From positions 128,001 through 192,000 of the forward strand of contig JAXHLW010000001.1 in assembly GCA_034521815.1 (NCBI GenBank): a stretch of 64,000 nt of DNA. The letters are read 5' to 3'. How positions within the stretch are numbered: the first letter of the stretch is position 1; each line of letters starts with the position of its first letter. The position numbers were made by a program, and so were the translations under genes. Of the stretch, positions 22,564 to 31,717 are shown one piece after another. Below the pieces are notes generated by a model, which did no database searches, was not told the DNA's origin, and saw only the letters and a list, made by a program, of their open reading frames with translations. This DNA comes from Trueperaceae bacterium (GTDB taxonomy: Bacteria; Deinococcota; Deinococci; Deinococcales; Trueperaceae).

Positions 22564-22599
22564 ATAGATGATGGTCGAAACAAGTAGATCATCATCTAT
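22564..22599. promoter_or_regulatory. Candidate autoregulatory operator upstream of the ArsR gene
   Basis: ATAGATGATGGTC-N10-GATCATCATCTAT (13-bp arms, 1 mismatch); also readable as two TAGAT-N4-RTCKA boxes 20 bp apart. Confidence 0.6.
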
Positions 22600-22663
22600 T
22601 CATCATCGGGGGTGCGAGCGCCGACGTCAAGGGGGCGAGGGCTCCGCCGGACCCTGGTCGCGC

Positions 22664-23986
22664 TCAGGTGGTCGCGGCGGCCGCGAGCGAGCGTCGCGCG
22701 CCGCGGAGCCGCCACAGCAGCCAGGCGATCTGAGCGATCGTTCCCGCCACGAACGACACCATCGCCAAGACCAGGCCCTCGCCACGCTGCAGCGCCACGC
22801 CCAGCGTCAGCAGGGCGGTGGCGACGACCAGGAACACGGCCACCGACTCGCTGATTCCCCGCGTGCGCCGGGCGTGCACCAAGCGTCCCTGGAGGTAGTT
22901 GCGCACCACGTCCAGCGGCGCCCAAGCGAGCCCGAACCAGAACGCGTGACGAGCCAGCTCCACCAGCGCTGGCGGCAGTCCGGACACCACCCCGAACCAG
23001 AGCGTCGCCAGCGGCGTCGTGGCGATCGTCACGGTCGCCACGAGCGAGCCCACGGCCAGCAAAACGGTGAACCGTTGCAGCGCCGACTCCGCACCCGGCT
23101 CGTCCATCAGCGCCACGACCACCTCGTTGTAGGCGTAGCCCATGCTCCTGAACAGGAACACCAGTCCGTTCACGACCGGCCACGCCGCCAACGACGCCAG
23201 AGCGGCCGGCATGCGGCCGATCGCGGCGGCACCGATCGGCTGCACCAACAGCAGCAGCAAGCTGGTGAGCGCCAACGGTACGTAGAAGTCGACGAAGCCG
23301 CGCCAAGAAAGACCCGAGCCGGGATCGGCCGCATTCGCCAGCGGTCCGCGCACCACCGGCCGGGTCCGCAAGCCGGTGTAGAGCGCTTCGGCGCTGACGC
23401 CGGCGGCGATCGCGAGGGTGGCCACCACCACGCCAGGCACGGAGCCGATCGCGAGGCCCGAGAGAGCCACGGTGGTGACCGTGGCCAGCCGGACGCCGGT
23501 CCCCACGCCGACGGCCCCCGGGTGGCCGAAGCGGATCAGCAAGCCCTGATGGAAACGCCGATACGCGATCGTCCACGTCCACGGCAGCATGATCATCAGC
23601 CCGATCCGAGCCGGCTCGATCACCGCCTCGGGCGGATTGAGGAGCGGCACCAGGACGGAATCGAACGCTGGCGTGAACGCGAAGATCGCGTGCACGGCGG
23701 TCAGCAGTCCGCCCGCCACCATCATGAATCGGTGCATCAGTCGGTACGACTGAGGATCGCGCCCCAGAGCGGTCGTGGCGGCCAGCAGCATGATGATCGG
23801 CGCTTCGATGATCAGCGCCACCGGGAACACGACGCCGCCGTACGCGGCCAGGTGGATCTCCGGATCGGCCAAGCGCGCCATCACGGCACTCACCAACGGC
23901 ATTTCCACGCCCATGAACGCCCAGCTGGCGGCCAACGGCCACCAGCTGGCGAACACGCGTGCGAGCGAGAGGGGCTGCTTGGTCAC
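22664..23986 (-). CDS. MOP/MATE-superfamily membrane transporter (possibly ANKH-like)
   Basis: About 12 hydrophobic segments in two repeated halves (WWPLA...LAAYG / FYVPLA...LAAWP); TACGCT -10 box 7 nt before GTG. Confidence 0.7.
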   Translation of the reverse strand: MTKQPLSLARVFASWWPLAASWAFMGVEMPLVSAVMARLADPEIHLAAYGGVVFPVALIIEAPIIMLLAATTALGRDPQSYRLMHRFMMVAGGLLTAVHAIFAFTPAFDSVLVPLLNPPEAVIEPARIGLMIMLPWTWTIAYRRFHQGLLIRFGHPGAVGVGTGVRLATVTTVALSGLAIGSVPGVVVATLAIAAGVSAEALYTGLRTRPVVRGPLANAADPGSGLSWRGFVDFYVPLALTSLLLLLVQPIGAAAIGRMPAALASLAAWPVVNGLVFLFRSMGYAYNEVVVALMDEPGAESALQRFTVLLAVGSLVATVTIATTPLATLWFGVVSGLPPALVELARHAFWFGLAWAPLDVVRNYLQGRLVHARRTRGISESVAVFLVVATALLTLGVALQRGEGLVLAMVSFVAGTIAQIAWLLWRLRGARRSLAAAATT

Positions 23987-24166
23987 GACGGAGAGCGTAC
24001 GCCCCTCTTCCCGTGACCGACGAGCAACGCGCTACATCGCCGCGGTGCCGCAGCTGGACCTTGCCGAACGGACCGTCCGAACGCACCGTTCCACAGCGAT
24101 TCGAGCCGGTTCGGTGCTGCACGAAGGGCGTAGGAGCCTGCTCGCGACGAGGTCGCACGCAAGCCC

Positions 24167-24195
24167 TTGACGAATGCCGCATACCGGGGTATCTT
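24167..24195 (+). promoter_or_regulatory. Sigma70-type promoter
   Basis: TTGACG-N17-TATCTT; shares ACCGGGGTAT with the rRNA promoter at 38276. Confidence 0.7.
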
Positions 24196-24201
24196 TTCCT
24201 C

Positions 24202-24263
24202 ATAAGCAGTTGAACGAAATCAGCAGTTGAACGAACCGCCGCGCGGAGAGCGCGGCTTTCTTC
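24202..24263 (+). ncRNA. Candidate small RNA (~60 nt) with duplicated AGCAGTTGAACGAA
   Basis: Lies between the promoter above and a + strand terminator; no credible + strand CDS nearby. Confidence 0.55.
24238..24263 (+). terminator. Intrinsic terminator
   Basis: GCCGCGC-GGAGA-GCGCGGC followed by TTTCTTC. Confidence 0.7.
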
Positions 24264-24374
24264 ATGCTTCATGGCGTGACGCATCGTGGCGCGGGACGCC
24301 GCTCGGCGTCACTCGCTCGGCGTCCACGCTTCGACGCCGAGCTTCCGGCGTCGTTGCGAGGCTGCCTCGGAGGT

Positions 24375-24869
24375 CTACAGGCGGGCTTCGTCGACGACAC
24401 GTCCGTCGACCCAGTGCTCGCCGGTCTCGTCCGACTCGTGCTTCCAGATCGGGAGTCTCGCCTTGCACCGCTCCAGCGCTTCGCGGCAGGCGTCGAACGC
24501 CGCGTCGCGATGGGGGCTGCAGGCGATGATGGCGATCGACGCCTCGCCGGGAAGGCATCGTCCGAGCCGGTGCGCCAGCGCGAGGCCCAGAAGAGGGAAC
24601 GCCTCGCGGAGCTCCGTCGCGATGCGACCCAGCTCGGCTTCGATCATCGCGTCGTACCCTTCGTAGTCGATCCAGAACACGTCGCGGCCGTGGTTCGGAC
24701 TGCGGACCGTGCCGACGAAGCTCGCGATCGCTCCGGAACGAGCGTCGGCCACCTCCGACGCCAACGCATCCGCGCTCAGCGCATCGCGGGTCAGCAGCAG
24801 CCGCTGACGGTACGTCCCATCCTTCTGCCCCTCGAGGGGCGTGGCGTGTCCCTCGGGTCCGGGCGGCAC
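24375..24869 (-). CDS. moaE: Molybdopterin synthase catalytic subunit
   Basis: GAIASFVGTVR, YEGY, HRLG, SPHRDAAFDAC, LPIWKHE. Confidence 0.92.
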   Translation of the reverse strand: MPPGPEGHATPLEGQKDGTYRQRLLLTRDALSADALASEVADARSGAIASFVGTVRSPNHGRDVFWIDYEGYDAMIEAELGRIATELREAFPLLGLALAHRLGRCLPGEASIAIIACSPHRDAAFDACREALERCKARLPIWKHESDETGEHWVDGRVVDEARL

Positions 24870-24870
24870 C

Positions 24871-25851
24871 TCAGCCGCCGATCGCGACCATCGTCCGGTC
24901 GCGCACGACAGGCGCGGTGACGCCGCTCGCCACCTTCCGGTGGGCAGCGACGAGGAACGCGTCGATCACGGCGGAGACCGGATCGCTCGCTTCGAGCGCC
25001 TCGCGCATCGGGTACTCGCGATCGGTCAGCAGGCACGGTCGCAAGCGCGCGTCGCTGGTGACGCGCATGCGGCTGCACGCCCCGCAGAACGGGTTCGAGA
25101 CCGGGTCGATGAAGCCGAGCGCGCCGGCGAAGCCGTCCGCGCGGTACAGGCGTGCGGGCGCGGACGGGTCGGTCGGCACCGCGGTCAGCTGGCCGAACGC
25201 GGTCTCGATCCGCTCCCGGCTCTCGGCGCCCGAGACGAAGCGAGCCCGGTACGCGTCCGGATCGGCGTTGTTCAGGTGCATGTACTCGATGAAGCGCACG
25301 TGCCAGGGACGGTCTCGGGTGAGCTCCGCCAGCGGCACCAGCTGATCGTCGTTGATGCCACGAACGACCACGGCGTTGAGCTTGATCGGGGTCATGCCGG
25401 CCTGCTCCGCGGCCCGGATGCCGTCCCAGACCTGCGCGATCGTCCCGCCGCCGGTGGCTTCGCGGAACGCGTCCGCGTCGGCAGCGTCCAGGCTGACGTT
25501 GATCCGGTCCAGGCCGGCGTCGAGCAGATCGGGAAGGCGTCGCGCCAAGAGGCTGGCGTTCGTGGTCATGGCGATGTCGGGAATGCCGTGCTTCTTCGCG
25601 AGGGCGATCATCTCGGGCAGCTCGCGGCGGAGAAGCGGCTCGCCACCGGTGAACCTGACCGATTCGATGCCCAGCGCGACGGCGGCCTCGAGGATCACGT
25701 CGACGTCGGCCACGCTGACGGTCCCGACGGGGTCCTTCGCGCCCTCGCGCAGAGGGTCGCAGTAGAAGCAGGCGTAGTTGCAGCGTGGCGTGACGGATAA
25801 GCGCAGGTCACGCACCACGCGTCCGTGTTGATCGATCAGGGAACGGCTCAC
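24871..25851 (-). CDS. moaA: GTP 3',8-cyclase
   Basis: LRLSVTPRCNYACFYC radical-SAM motif, TGGEPLLR, FCGACSRMR...PCL, C-terminal IGG. Confidence 0.95.
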   Translation of the reverse strand: MSRSLIDQHGRVVRDLRLSVTPRCNYACFYCDPLREGAKDPVGTVSVADVDVILEAAVALGIESVRFTGGEPLLRRELPEMIALAKKHGIPDIAMTTNASLLARRLPDLLDAGLDRINVSLDAADADAFREATGGGTIAQVWDGIRAAEQAGMTPIKLNAVVVRGINDDQLVPLAELTRDRPWHVRFIEYMHLNNADPDAYRARFVSGAESRERIETAFGQLTAVPTDPSAPARLYRADGFAGALGFIDPVSNPFCGACSRMRVTSDARLRPCLLTDREYPMREALEASDPVSAVIDAFLVAAHRKVASGVTAPVVRDRTMVAIGG

Positions 25852-26393
25852 CGCGTCGTCTCCTCGGGTCGCGTCGCGTATCGGCCCGCGTCAGGGCCGT
25901 CGTGCACGTGAGGCGACGTCGCGCCGCCCCGGAACGGCGCCGGGTCGTCCGGACCCGGTCCGCCTACGATACGGACCGGGTCGCCCCGCTGCAAGCGACC
26001 AACGTCCCGAACGCGCAGGTACACCCCGCGTCGCCCGTACGCCGCCTTGGGCAGGCGCGGATGCACGGCCGCGAGCGAGCGACAGACCGGGCACGGCCCG
26101 ACGACCTCGCAGGCCACACCTCCCATATCGATACGCGTGCCCGGGGCCAGGCCATCCGCCGGTAGCTCGGTGACGACGAGGTTCTCGCCGAGGCTCCCGT
26201 AGGGCAGATCCAGTCCCCGAGTCCGAAGATCGTCGTAGCTGGCGTCCGGCACGAGCAGCAGGGCGCGGTCGGGGGACCGCCCGTAGTGCCGGTCCCCGTG
26301 CACGCCGAGGCCGTCCACCCGTACCGACGCCCGGGCCTCTTTCACGAACGCAGGCCCGCCGGCGAAGAGCCCGACGATACGCGGACGGCCCAT
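25848..26393 (-). CDS. MOSC domain protein
   Basis: GVHGDRH, GENLV, PCPVC, RGVYLRV...G.LQRGD. Confidence 0.85.
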   Translation of the reverse strand: MGRPRIVGLFAGGPAFVKEARASVRVDGLGVHGDRHYGRSPDRALLLVPDASYDDLRTRGLDLPYGSLGENLVVTELPADGLAPGTRIDMGGVACEVVGPCPVCRSLAAVHPRLPKAAYGRRGVYLRVRDVGRLQRGDPVRIVGGPGPDDPAPFRGGATSPHVHDGPDAGRYATRPEETTR

Positions 26394-26394
26394 C

Positions 26395-27114
26395 TCAGGG
26401 AACGCTCGGGCGTCGCTCGAGCACGTCCCGTGGGCCCAGATCCCGACCTCGGGCTTCGGCGACGTCCTCGGGCGCGTAGCGGTCGAAGTCCGGCGGCAAG
26501 GCGCCGTCCTCGTCCCACGCGATCACGACGTGATTCAGCACGGCTGCGAGGCTGGCATCGGAAAGCTGTTGCCAGCCCGGCATGACGCCGTTGTACGACG
26601 TGCCGTCCACCGTGATCTGTCCGTTCAGGCCGTAGAGCAGGACATCGACCAGATAGCTTCGGTCGGCGGCGGCCAGATCGGCGGCGTGGCCGGCCAGCGG
26701 GGGAAAGCCGCCGGGAACGCCCGCGCCCTCGGCGCCGTGGCACGACGCGCAGCTCGTCGCGTACACCTGAGCGCCGTCCACGTCGGCCATGGTCTCTGGC
26801 GCGTCGTCGGCGGACGCTTCCGGCGGCTCCGGCGGCGGCTCGGTCCCCAGGTAGGTGGTGAGGTACTCGAACAGGATCTCTTCCTCCTCCTCGGTGACCT
26901 GCATCCCGAGCTGCTTCATCAGCTGAATCGTGTCGGCCCAGAGGAAGTCGGGAAGGCCGGCGTTGCTCACCGTGTAGTTGATGGGGTGGCACTGCTGACA
27001 CTTGCCGTAGACCAGGTCCACGCCCGGTCCTTGGGGAAGGGGACCGTCTTCCTGGGCCCAGGCGAAAGCGAGGACGAGCGCTGCGAAAAGCGCGATGACG
27101 GTGCGATGGGTCAC
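26395..27114 (-). CDS. Exported diheme cytochrome c, probable electron acceptor of the sulfite dehydrogenase
   Basis: Signal peptide; CQQCH and CASCH heme motifs; FPPLAG and GVMP in the second domain. Confidence 0.88.
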   Translation of the reverse strand: MTHRTVIALFAALVLAFAWAQEDGPLPQGPGVDLVYGKCQQCHPINYTVSNAGLPDFLWADTIQLMKQLGMQVTEEEEEILFEYLTTYLGTEPPPEPPEASADDAPETMADVDGAQVYATSCASCHGAEGAGVPGGFPPLAGHAADLAAADRSYLVDVLLYGLNGQITVDGTSYNGVMPGWQQLSDASLAAVLNHVVIAWDEDGALPPDFDRYAPEDVAEARGRDLGPRDVLERRPSVP

Positions 27115-27187
27115 GTTGTGGACTCCGATACGGCACCGTCGGACCGGGTGCGCCGGTCCGACGGGTGCGAGGCTGAAAATGCTGGGG

Positions 27188-28465
27188 TCAGGACGCGGCG
27201 ACGTCGACGTAGTCGGCGCCGTGCCATTCGTACCCCGACGGGTTCCAGAGGATGCTGCCGTTGAGAGGCTGCGCGCGGCCCCGCTCGTCGATGGCGCGCG
27301 ACCAGATGCGGTTCTGGCCGGAGCCGAGGTTCACGACCGTGCTGAACTCGTACCATCCGTAGCCGCCGTGGGGAGCGCTCAGATCGGCGCGACGCCAGGT
27401 CTGGCCGTCGTCGATCGAGATCTCCACCGCGGTGACCGGCACGGTTCCGTCGTTCCAAGCGACGCCGCTCACCTCGACCTCGCCCGCCGCCACGTCGCTC
27501 TCGTTGCTCGGAGAGAAGATCACGCTCTTGACGAGCTGACGCCAGTCGGGCGTGCTGTTGTCGAAGGTGTAGGTGATCGGCGTCCCCGGCTCGATCGGAT
27601 CGTTCGGGATGCGGTAGCGCGGGATCTGGTTGACGTTGTTGGTCTGAAGCCCCTCGAAGCGAAGGCGGGAGAGCCACTTCACGTTCATCGTCCCGTAGTA
27701 CCCCGGCACGACCAGGCGGACGGGGCCGCCGTGCGCTCCGGGAAGCGGCTCGCCGTTCATGTGCGTGGCCAGGATCGCGCGCTCCATGACGTCGTCCAGG
27801 GGAAGCGAGTGCTCGAAGTCCGGGCGCGCGCTGCCTTCGGGCGGCGCGTCTCTGCCCTCTGCGGTGACGAAGTTCACCTCGTCACGGGGCGCGAGGGCCG
27901 GCTCGAACGTGTCCAGCAGGCTCGTCAGCTTCGGTCCACGGAAGGTGACCTGACCCATGCCGCCGTGCGCCCACTGCGTGCCGCGCGTCTGCACCGAGCG
28001 AGCGTAGAAGCTCCGCCCGTTTCCGCTGCACTGCAGCACCATCGTGACCTCCTCCTGCGGGAGGTCGGCCAGGGTCGCGGCGTCCACGACGCGCGGGAAG
28101 GCCACGCTGCCCATCAGCTCGATCGTCCAGCCCTCGAGCGGCACGCCTTCCAGGCTGCGCCCCTCGGGCTCCTGAATCTGGTTGTTGCGGACGTAGAGGA
28201 TCTCCTTGGGGGTGATGGCGTGCTCGCTCAACAGGTCCAGCGGCGTCTCCAGCACGCCGGTCCGGTCGTTGTGCACGATCATCGCGTCGCTCTTGCCGGC
28301 GATCACCTGCGAGGCCGGCTGCAGATCCTGGGCACGCGCGAACTGCGTGATGGTGGGCAGTCCGGCGCTAGCGGCGGCGGTGAGCCCCATCATCCGCAAC
28401 AGCTCGCGACGTTCGAGCTTCGCTTGCTGGACACGGTGAAGAGCGCGAGAAAGATGCTCCGACAT
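27188..28465 (-). CDS. Sulfite oxidase-family molybdoenzyme (SorA/SorT-like), Tat-exported
   Basis: RRELL Tat motif, YVRNN, LQCSGNGR (Mo-ligating Cys), HGGPVRLVVPGYYG, VKWL, WNPSGY. Confidence 0.92.
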   Translation of the reverse strand: MSEHLSRALHRVQQAKLERRELLRMMGLTAAASAGLPTITQFARAQDLQPASQVIAGKSDAMIVHNDRTGVLETPLDLLSEHAITPKEILYVRNNQIQEPEGRSLEGVPLEGWTIELMGSVAFPRVVDAATLADLPQEEVTMVLQCSGNGRSFYARSVQTRGTQWAHGGMGQVTFRGPKLTSLLDTFEPALAPRDEVNFVTAEGRDAPPEGSARPDFEHSLPLDDVMERAILATHMNGEPLPGAHGGPVRLVVPGYYGTMNVKWLSRLRFEGLQTNNVNQIPRYRIPNDPIEPGTPITYTFDNSTPDWRQLVKSVIFSPSNESDVAAGEVEVSGVAWNDGTVPVTAVEISIDDGQTWRRADLSAPHGGYGWYEFSTVVNLGSGQNRIWSRAIDERGRAQPLNGSILWNPSGYEWHGADYVDVAAS

Positions 28466-28553
28466 CGAGGACCTCCTTGGGACAGGGGCGAAGACGGACG
28501 GGCTACGCGAGACGCGGGACCACGGTCGACGGCGAACGGGACATTCGTCCCGC

Positions 28554-28604
28554 AGTATGCGACGGGCGACGCTCTCCGCGCAACTACCTGACAGAGATGG
28601 TCAG
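28554..28604 (-). promoter_or_regulatory. Candidate promoter and upstream palindrome for the sulfite dehydrogenase operon
   Basis: Minus strand TTGCGC-N18-CATACT; CTGAC-N7-GTCAG at 28588-28604. Confidence 0.45.
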
Positions 28605-28678
28605 AAAAGCGTCCAACCGATCGATCCTCGAGCGTCCACGGCTGAACCATGGCGTCGGTGTCGCGTCGGCGCGCGGCG

Positions 28679-29971
28679 TCAGGCGGCGGGCCCCGCGTCG
28701 TCGCGGTCCGGCGTCGACGCTTCGCGTGCCGGCGGCTTCAGGCCCAGGGACGCCAGCGCCAAGGCGGCGGGGATCGTGGCTGAGACCAGCAGCACCGGCA
28801 GGTAGCTGCCGGCCAGGTCGTAGCCGACCGCGAACAGCAGCGGACCCACCGCCGTGCCGGCCACGCCCAGCGTGGTCGCGAAGCCCTTGATCGAGCCGAT
28901 GTGGGCGCGGCCGAAGTACGCGGCGTACGCCGAGCCGCCCAACGCGCCCTTCATCCCTTGCGCCAAGCCGATGAACGCTCCGTAGACCAGCAGCAACGGC
29001 GCGGGAATCCAGCCGGCCATCACCAGGGCCGCCGCCTGGAACACCAGCATCGTGGCCAGCACGAAGCGCGGCGCGACACGGTCCAGGAGCGCGCCCGTCG
29101 CCACGTTCGCCCCGGCGGTGATCAGGCCGAGGGGCACGAACACGGCTGCGGCGGCCGCCCGGTCGAACCCGCTCTGCGTGACGATGTCGAAGTGGTGGAA
29201 CACCAGCCCGGTCGATAGCGCAGCGACCGCCACGTCTCCCGCCGTGACCAGCCAGAACGCTCCGGTGCGGCGCGCCTGGGCCAGCGTCAGGTTCGATTCG
29301 ACGACCGGCGCGGGCGGGGTTCGCCCCGCGCGATGGCCGTCGGGCGCGGTGCCGTACCGCTCCGGAGCGCCGCGGAAGAAGGCGACGCCCAGCGGGAGCG
29401 CCACCACCGCGACCATCACGGCCATCCATGCGTAGCCCCCGCGCCACCCCACGCGTCCGATGAGCGCCTCGAGCAAGCCCGGGAAGACCGCGGTCGCGAC
29501 GGCCATCCCGAGCCCGGTCAGGCCGACCGCCAAGCCGCGCCGCCGCACGAACCAGAGGTTCACCGTGTGCAGGCTCACCAGGCTCAGCGCGCCCTGACCC
29601 AAGCCCCGGATCAGCACGAAGCCGATCGCCAGCATCGCCAACGTCGTCACGCCGCTCATGAACAGGCACGCCAGGGCGAAGCCGCCCGCGATCAGCCCGA
29701 CGGAAAGCCGCGGACCGCGAGCGTCGATGAAACGGCCGACGAACGGCAGCGCGAGCGAGCCGAGCAAGGTGCCGACGGTGTAGAGCAGCGACACCGTGCT
29801 CCGCGACACCTCGAGATCCGTCAGGATCGGATCGAGGAACACCGACACCCCCACCGTCTGGCCGGGCACCGTCATCATCGTCGTGACGACGGCGGTCGCC
29901 AGGACGACCCAGGCGTACGGCAAGGGCGATCGGTCGACGAACTTGCTGTGGCGAACCGGTGGAGCCGGCAT
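28679..29971 (-). CDS. MFS transporter
   Basis: About 12 TM segments; motif A GRFIDARGPR; WFVRRRGLAVG; YFGRAHIGSIKG. Confidence 0.9.
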   Translation of the reverse strand: MPAPPVRHSKFVDRSPLPYAWVVLATAVVTTMMTVPGQTVGVSVFLDPILTDLEVSRSTVSLLYTVGTLLGSLALPFVGRFIDARGPRLSVGLIAGGFALACLFMSGVTTLAMLAIGFVLIRGLGQGALSLVSLHTVNLWFVRRRGLAVGLTGLGMAVATAVFPGLLEALIGRVGWRGGYAWMAVMVAVVALPLGVAFFRGAPERYGTAPDGHRAGRTPPAPVVESNLTLAQARRTGAFWLVTAGDVAVAALSTGLVFHHFDIVTQSGFDRAAAAAVFVPLGLITAGANVATGALLDRVAPRFVLATMLVFQAAALVMAGWIPAPLLLVYGAFIGLAQGMKGALGGSAYAAYFGRAHIGSIKGFATTLGVAGTAVGPLLFAVGYDLAGSYLPVLLVSATIPAALALASLGLKPPAREASTPDRDDAGPAA

Positions 29972-30064
29972 GGGCGACCTCGAAGCGGGGCGGAGGGTGG
30001 TGAACCGCGAAAGCGCCCCCGAGCCTACACCTGCGTCAGGGGCGCCGAGCGTCGCGAGCCGGGC

Positions 30065-30853
30065 TCAGTCGACGCGCACGTACCGTTCGGCGCTGAGCGT
30101 GAACGGGCCGTTCCCCTCGCTCCAGGCAGCGACCGCCACGCGGTAGCTTCCCGGCTGCAGCTCGAGGAACAGCTCCGAGTCGGTCGTGCCGCCCGCATCG
30201 TCGTTCTGATCCAGCCAGCCCTCGTCGTCGAACAGCGCCAAGACCGTGTCGAACGCGTTCGACGACGCCCGCAGCCGAACCAGCGAACGCTCCTCGACCT
30301 CGAGCGTGAACGAGCGGGTGGGACCGTAGCCCACCTCCGGGTCGGCGGGCTCCGTCCCCTGCAGCGACGCCTCGACGCTTCCGGAAAGCGGGAGCGCCTG
30401 GGTCTCGACCGGTTCAGGGGCGCGGGCCCTGACCTCGAACGCGCCGAGGTCCCACGGTCCGAAGCCACTCACGGCGAGCAGGTGAGCGCCCGGCTGCCGA
30501 GGCGTGAACACGATCTGCGGATCGACCCCGCTGGGCCCGTCGTCGATCGCGTCGAGGACCGAGCCGTCGGGCGCGTAGACGGTGAGGTAGGCGTCGAACG
30601 CATCGCTGACGACGTCCACCACGACGGGCGTGCCTGGCTCGGAACGCAGCACGACGACCTCGACGCGGCTTCCGTCCTTGAAGTTCTGGCCGGACTGGAG
30701 GGTCAGCTCGCTGGTCACCGACCCGCCCACGGAAAGCTCCGGCGCGGACGCGTAGTAGAAGATGGCGGGCGACAGCGTCTGCGTCACGCCGACGGAGCCG
30801 ACCGAGAGGGCGAGAACGAAGAGCGGAACGAGGACGTGGATCGGCTGACGCAT
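30065..30853 (-). CDS. Secreted protein with two PPC (pre-peptidase C-terminal)-like domains
   Basis: Signal peptide; repeated S.AFD..L.....G..LD..DD motif. Confidence 0.75.
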   Translation of the reverse strand: MRQPIHVLVPLFVLALSVGSVGVTQTLSPAIFYYASAPELSVGGSVTSELTLQSGQNFKDGSRVEVVVLRSEPGTPVVVDVVSDAFDAYLTVYAPDGSVLDAIDDGPSGVDPQIVFTPRQPGAHLLAVSGFGPWDLGAFEVRARAPEPVETQALPLSGSVEASLQGTEPADPEVGYGPTRSFTLEVEERSLVRLRASSNAFDTVLALFDDEGWLDQNDDAGGTTDSELFLELQPGSYRVAVAAWSEGNGPFTLSAERYVRVD

Positions 30854-31072
30854 GGGTGAGGCCCCTTCCTGGACGGTCGCCGTGCACGGCGGGCGCATGG
30901 CCGAGCGCGGCGCCGAGCGCGAGGTCGAGCGCGAGGCCGCCCTGCGCGGTGGTGCCCGGCGCGCATCCGTCCGCCCGAGCGTCGCTGCGCCCGGGAGCAG
31001 ACCCATCGTACGCCGGGCCGCCGACCCGGCGGCCGTCGGACGCCCGTCCCCCGAAGCGACTACACTTCAGCG

Positions 31073-31717
31073 ATGACCTTCGCACCGAACGACACCCTCC
31101 CGGCTCGTCGGCTGTCGCTGCTTCGGCTGTCGCCCCGTCGGCTGCTGTCCCTCGTGGTGGCGACGATCGCGATGGCGATCCTCGCCCTCTCGACGTCCGT
31201 CGCCGTCGCTCAGGGGGTCGACCGCCCGCCGTTCGGCGTCGTCGAGGGGATGACCGGACCGGACTTCACGATGATGAGCCTCGAGGGGGAGCCGGTCACG
31301 CTCAGCGACCTGCGCGGCCGCCCGGTGCTGGTGAACTTCTGGGCGTCCTGGTGCCCGCCTTGCGTGGCCGAGCTGCCGTTGCTGGACCGGACGGCCGCCG
31401 AGGCGAGCGACCAGGTCCGCGTCGTGCTCCTCAACGTCGGCGAGCCTCACGACGTCGTGGCGCCGTTCCTGGCCCGCCTCGAGGTGGGGTCCGCGATCGT
31501 GCTTCGGGACGCTCGCGACGAGGAGCGGCCGCTGCCGGACGGGGTCGTGCCCAGCCGGGCGGTGGCGCAGGTGTACGAGACGTTCGGACTCCCGACCTCG
31601 CTGTTGCTGGACGAGGAGGGCGTGATCCGCGCCCGCATCTCGGGACCGATCGACGAGCCGATGCTGACCGCGCTGCTGCGCCGGGTCGGCGTCCAGCTGG
31701 GCGATCGTGCGCCGTAG
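31073..31717 (+). CDS. TlpA/ResA-family thiol-disulfide oxidoreductase
   Basis: GRPVLVNFWASWCPPCVAELP, GLPTS; N-terminal hydrophobic segment. Confidence 0.9.
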   Translation: MTFAPNDTLPARRLSLLRLSPRRLLSLVVATIAMAILALSTSVAVAQGVDRPPFGVVEGMTGPDFTMMSLEGEPVTLSDLRGRPVLVNFWASWCPPCVAELPLLDRTAAEASDQVRVVLLNVGEPHDVVAPFLARLEVGSAIVLRDARDEERPLPDGVVPSRAVAQVYETFGLPTSLLLDEEGVIRARISGPIDEPMLTALLRRVGVQLGDRAP

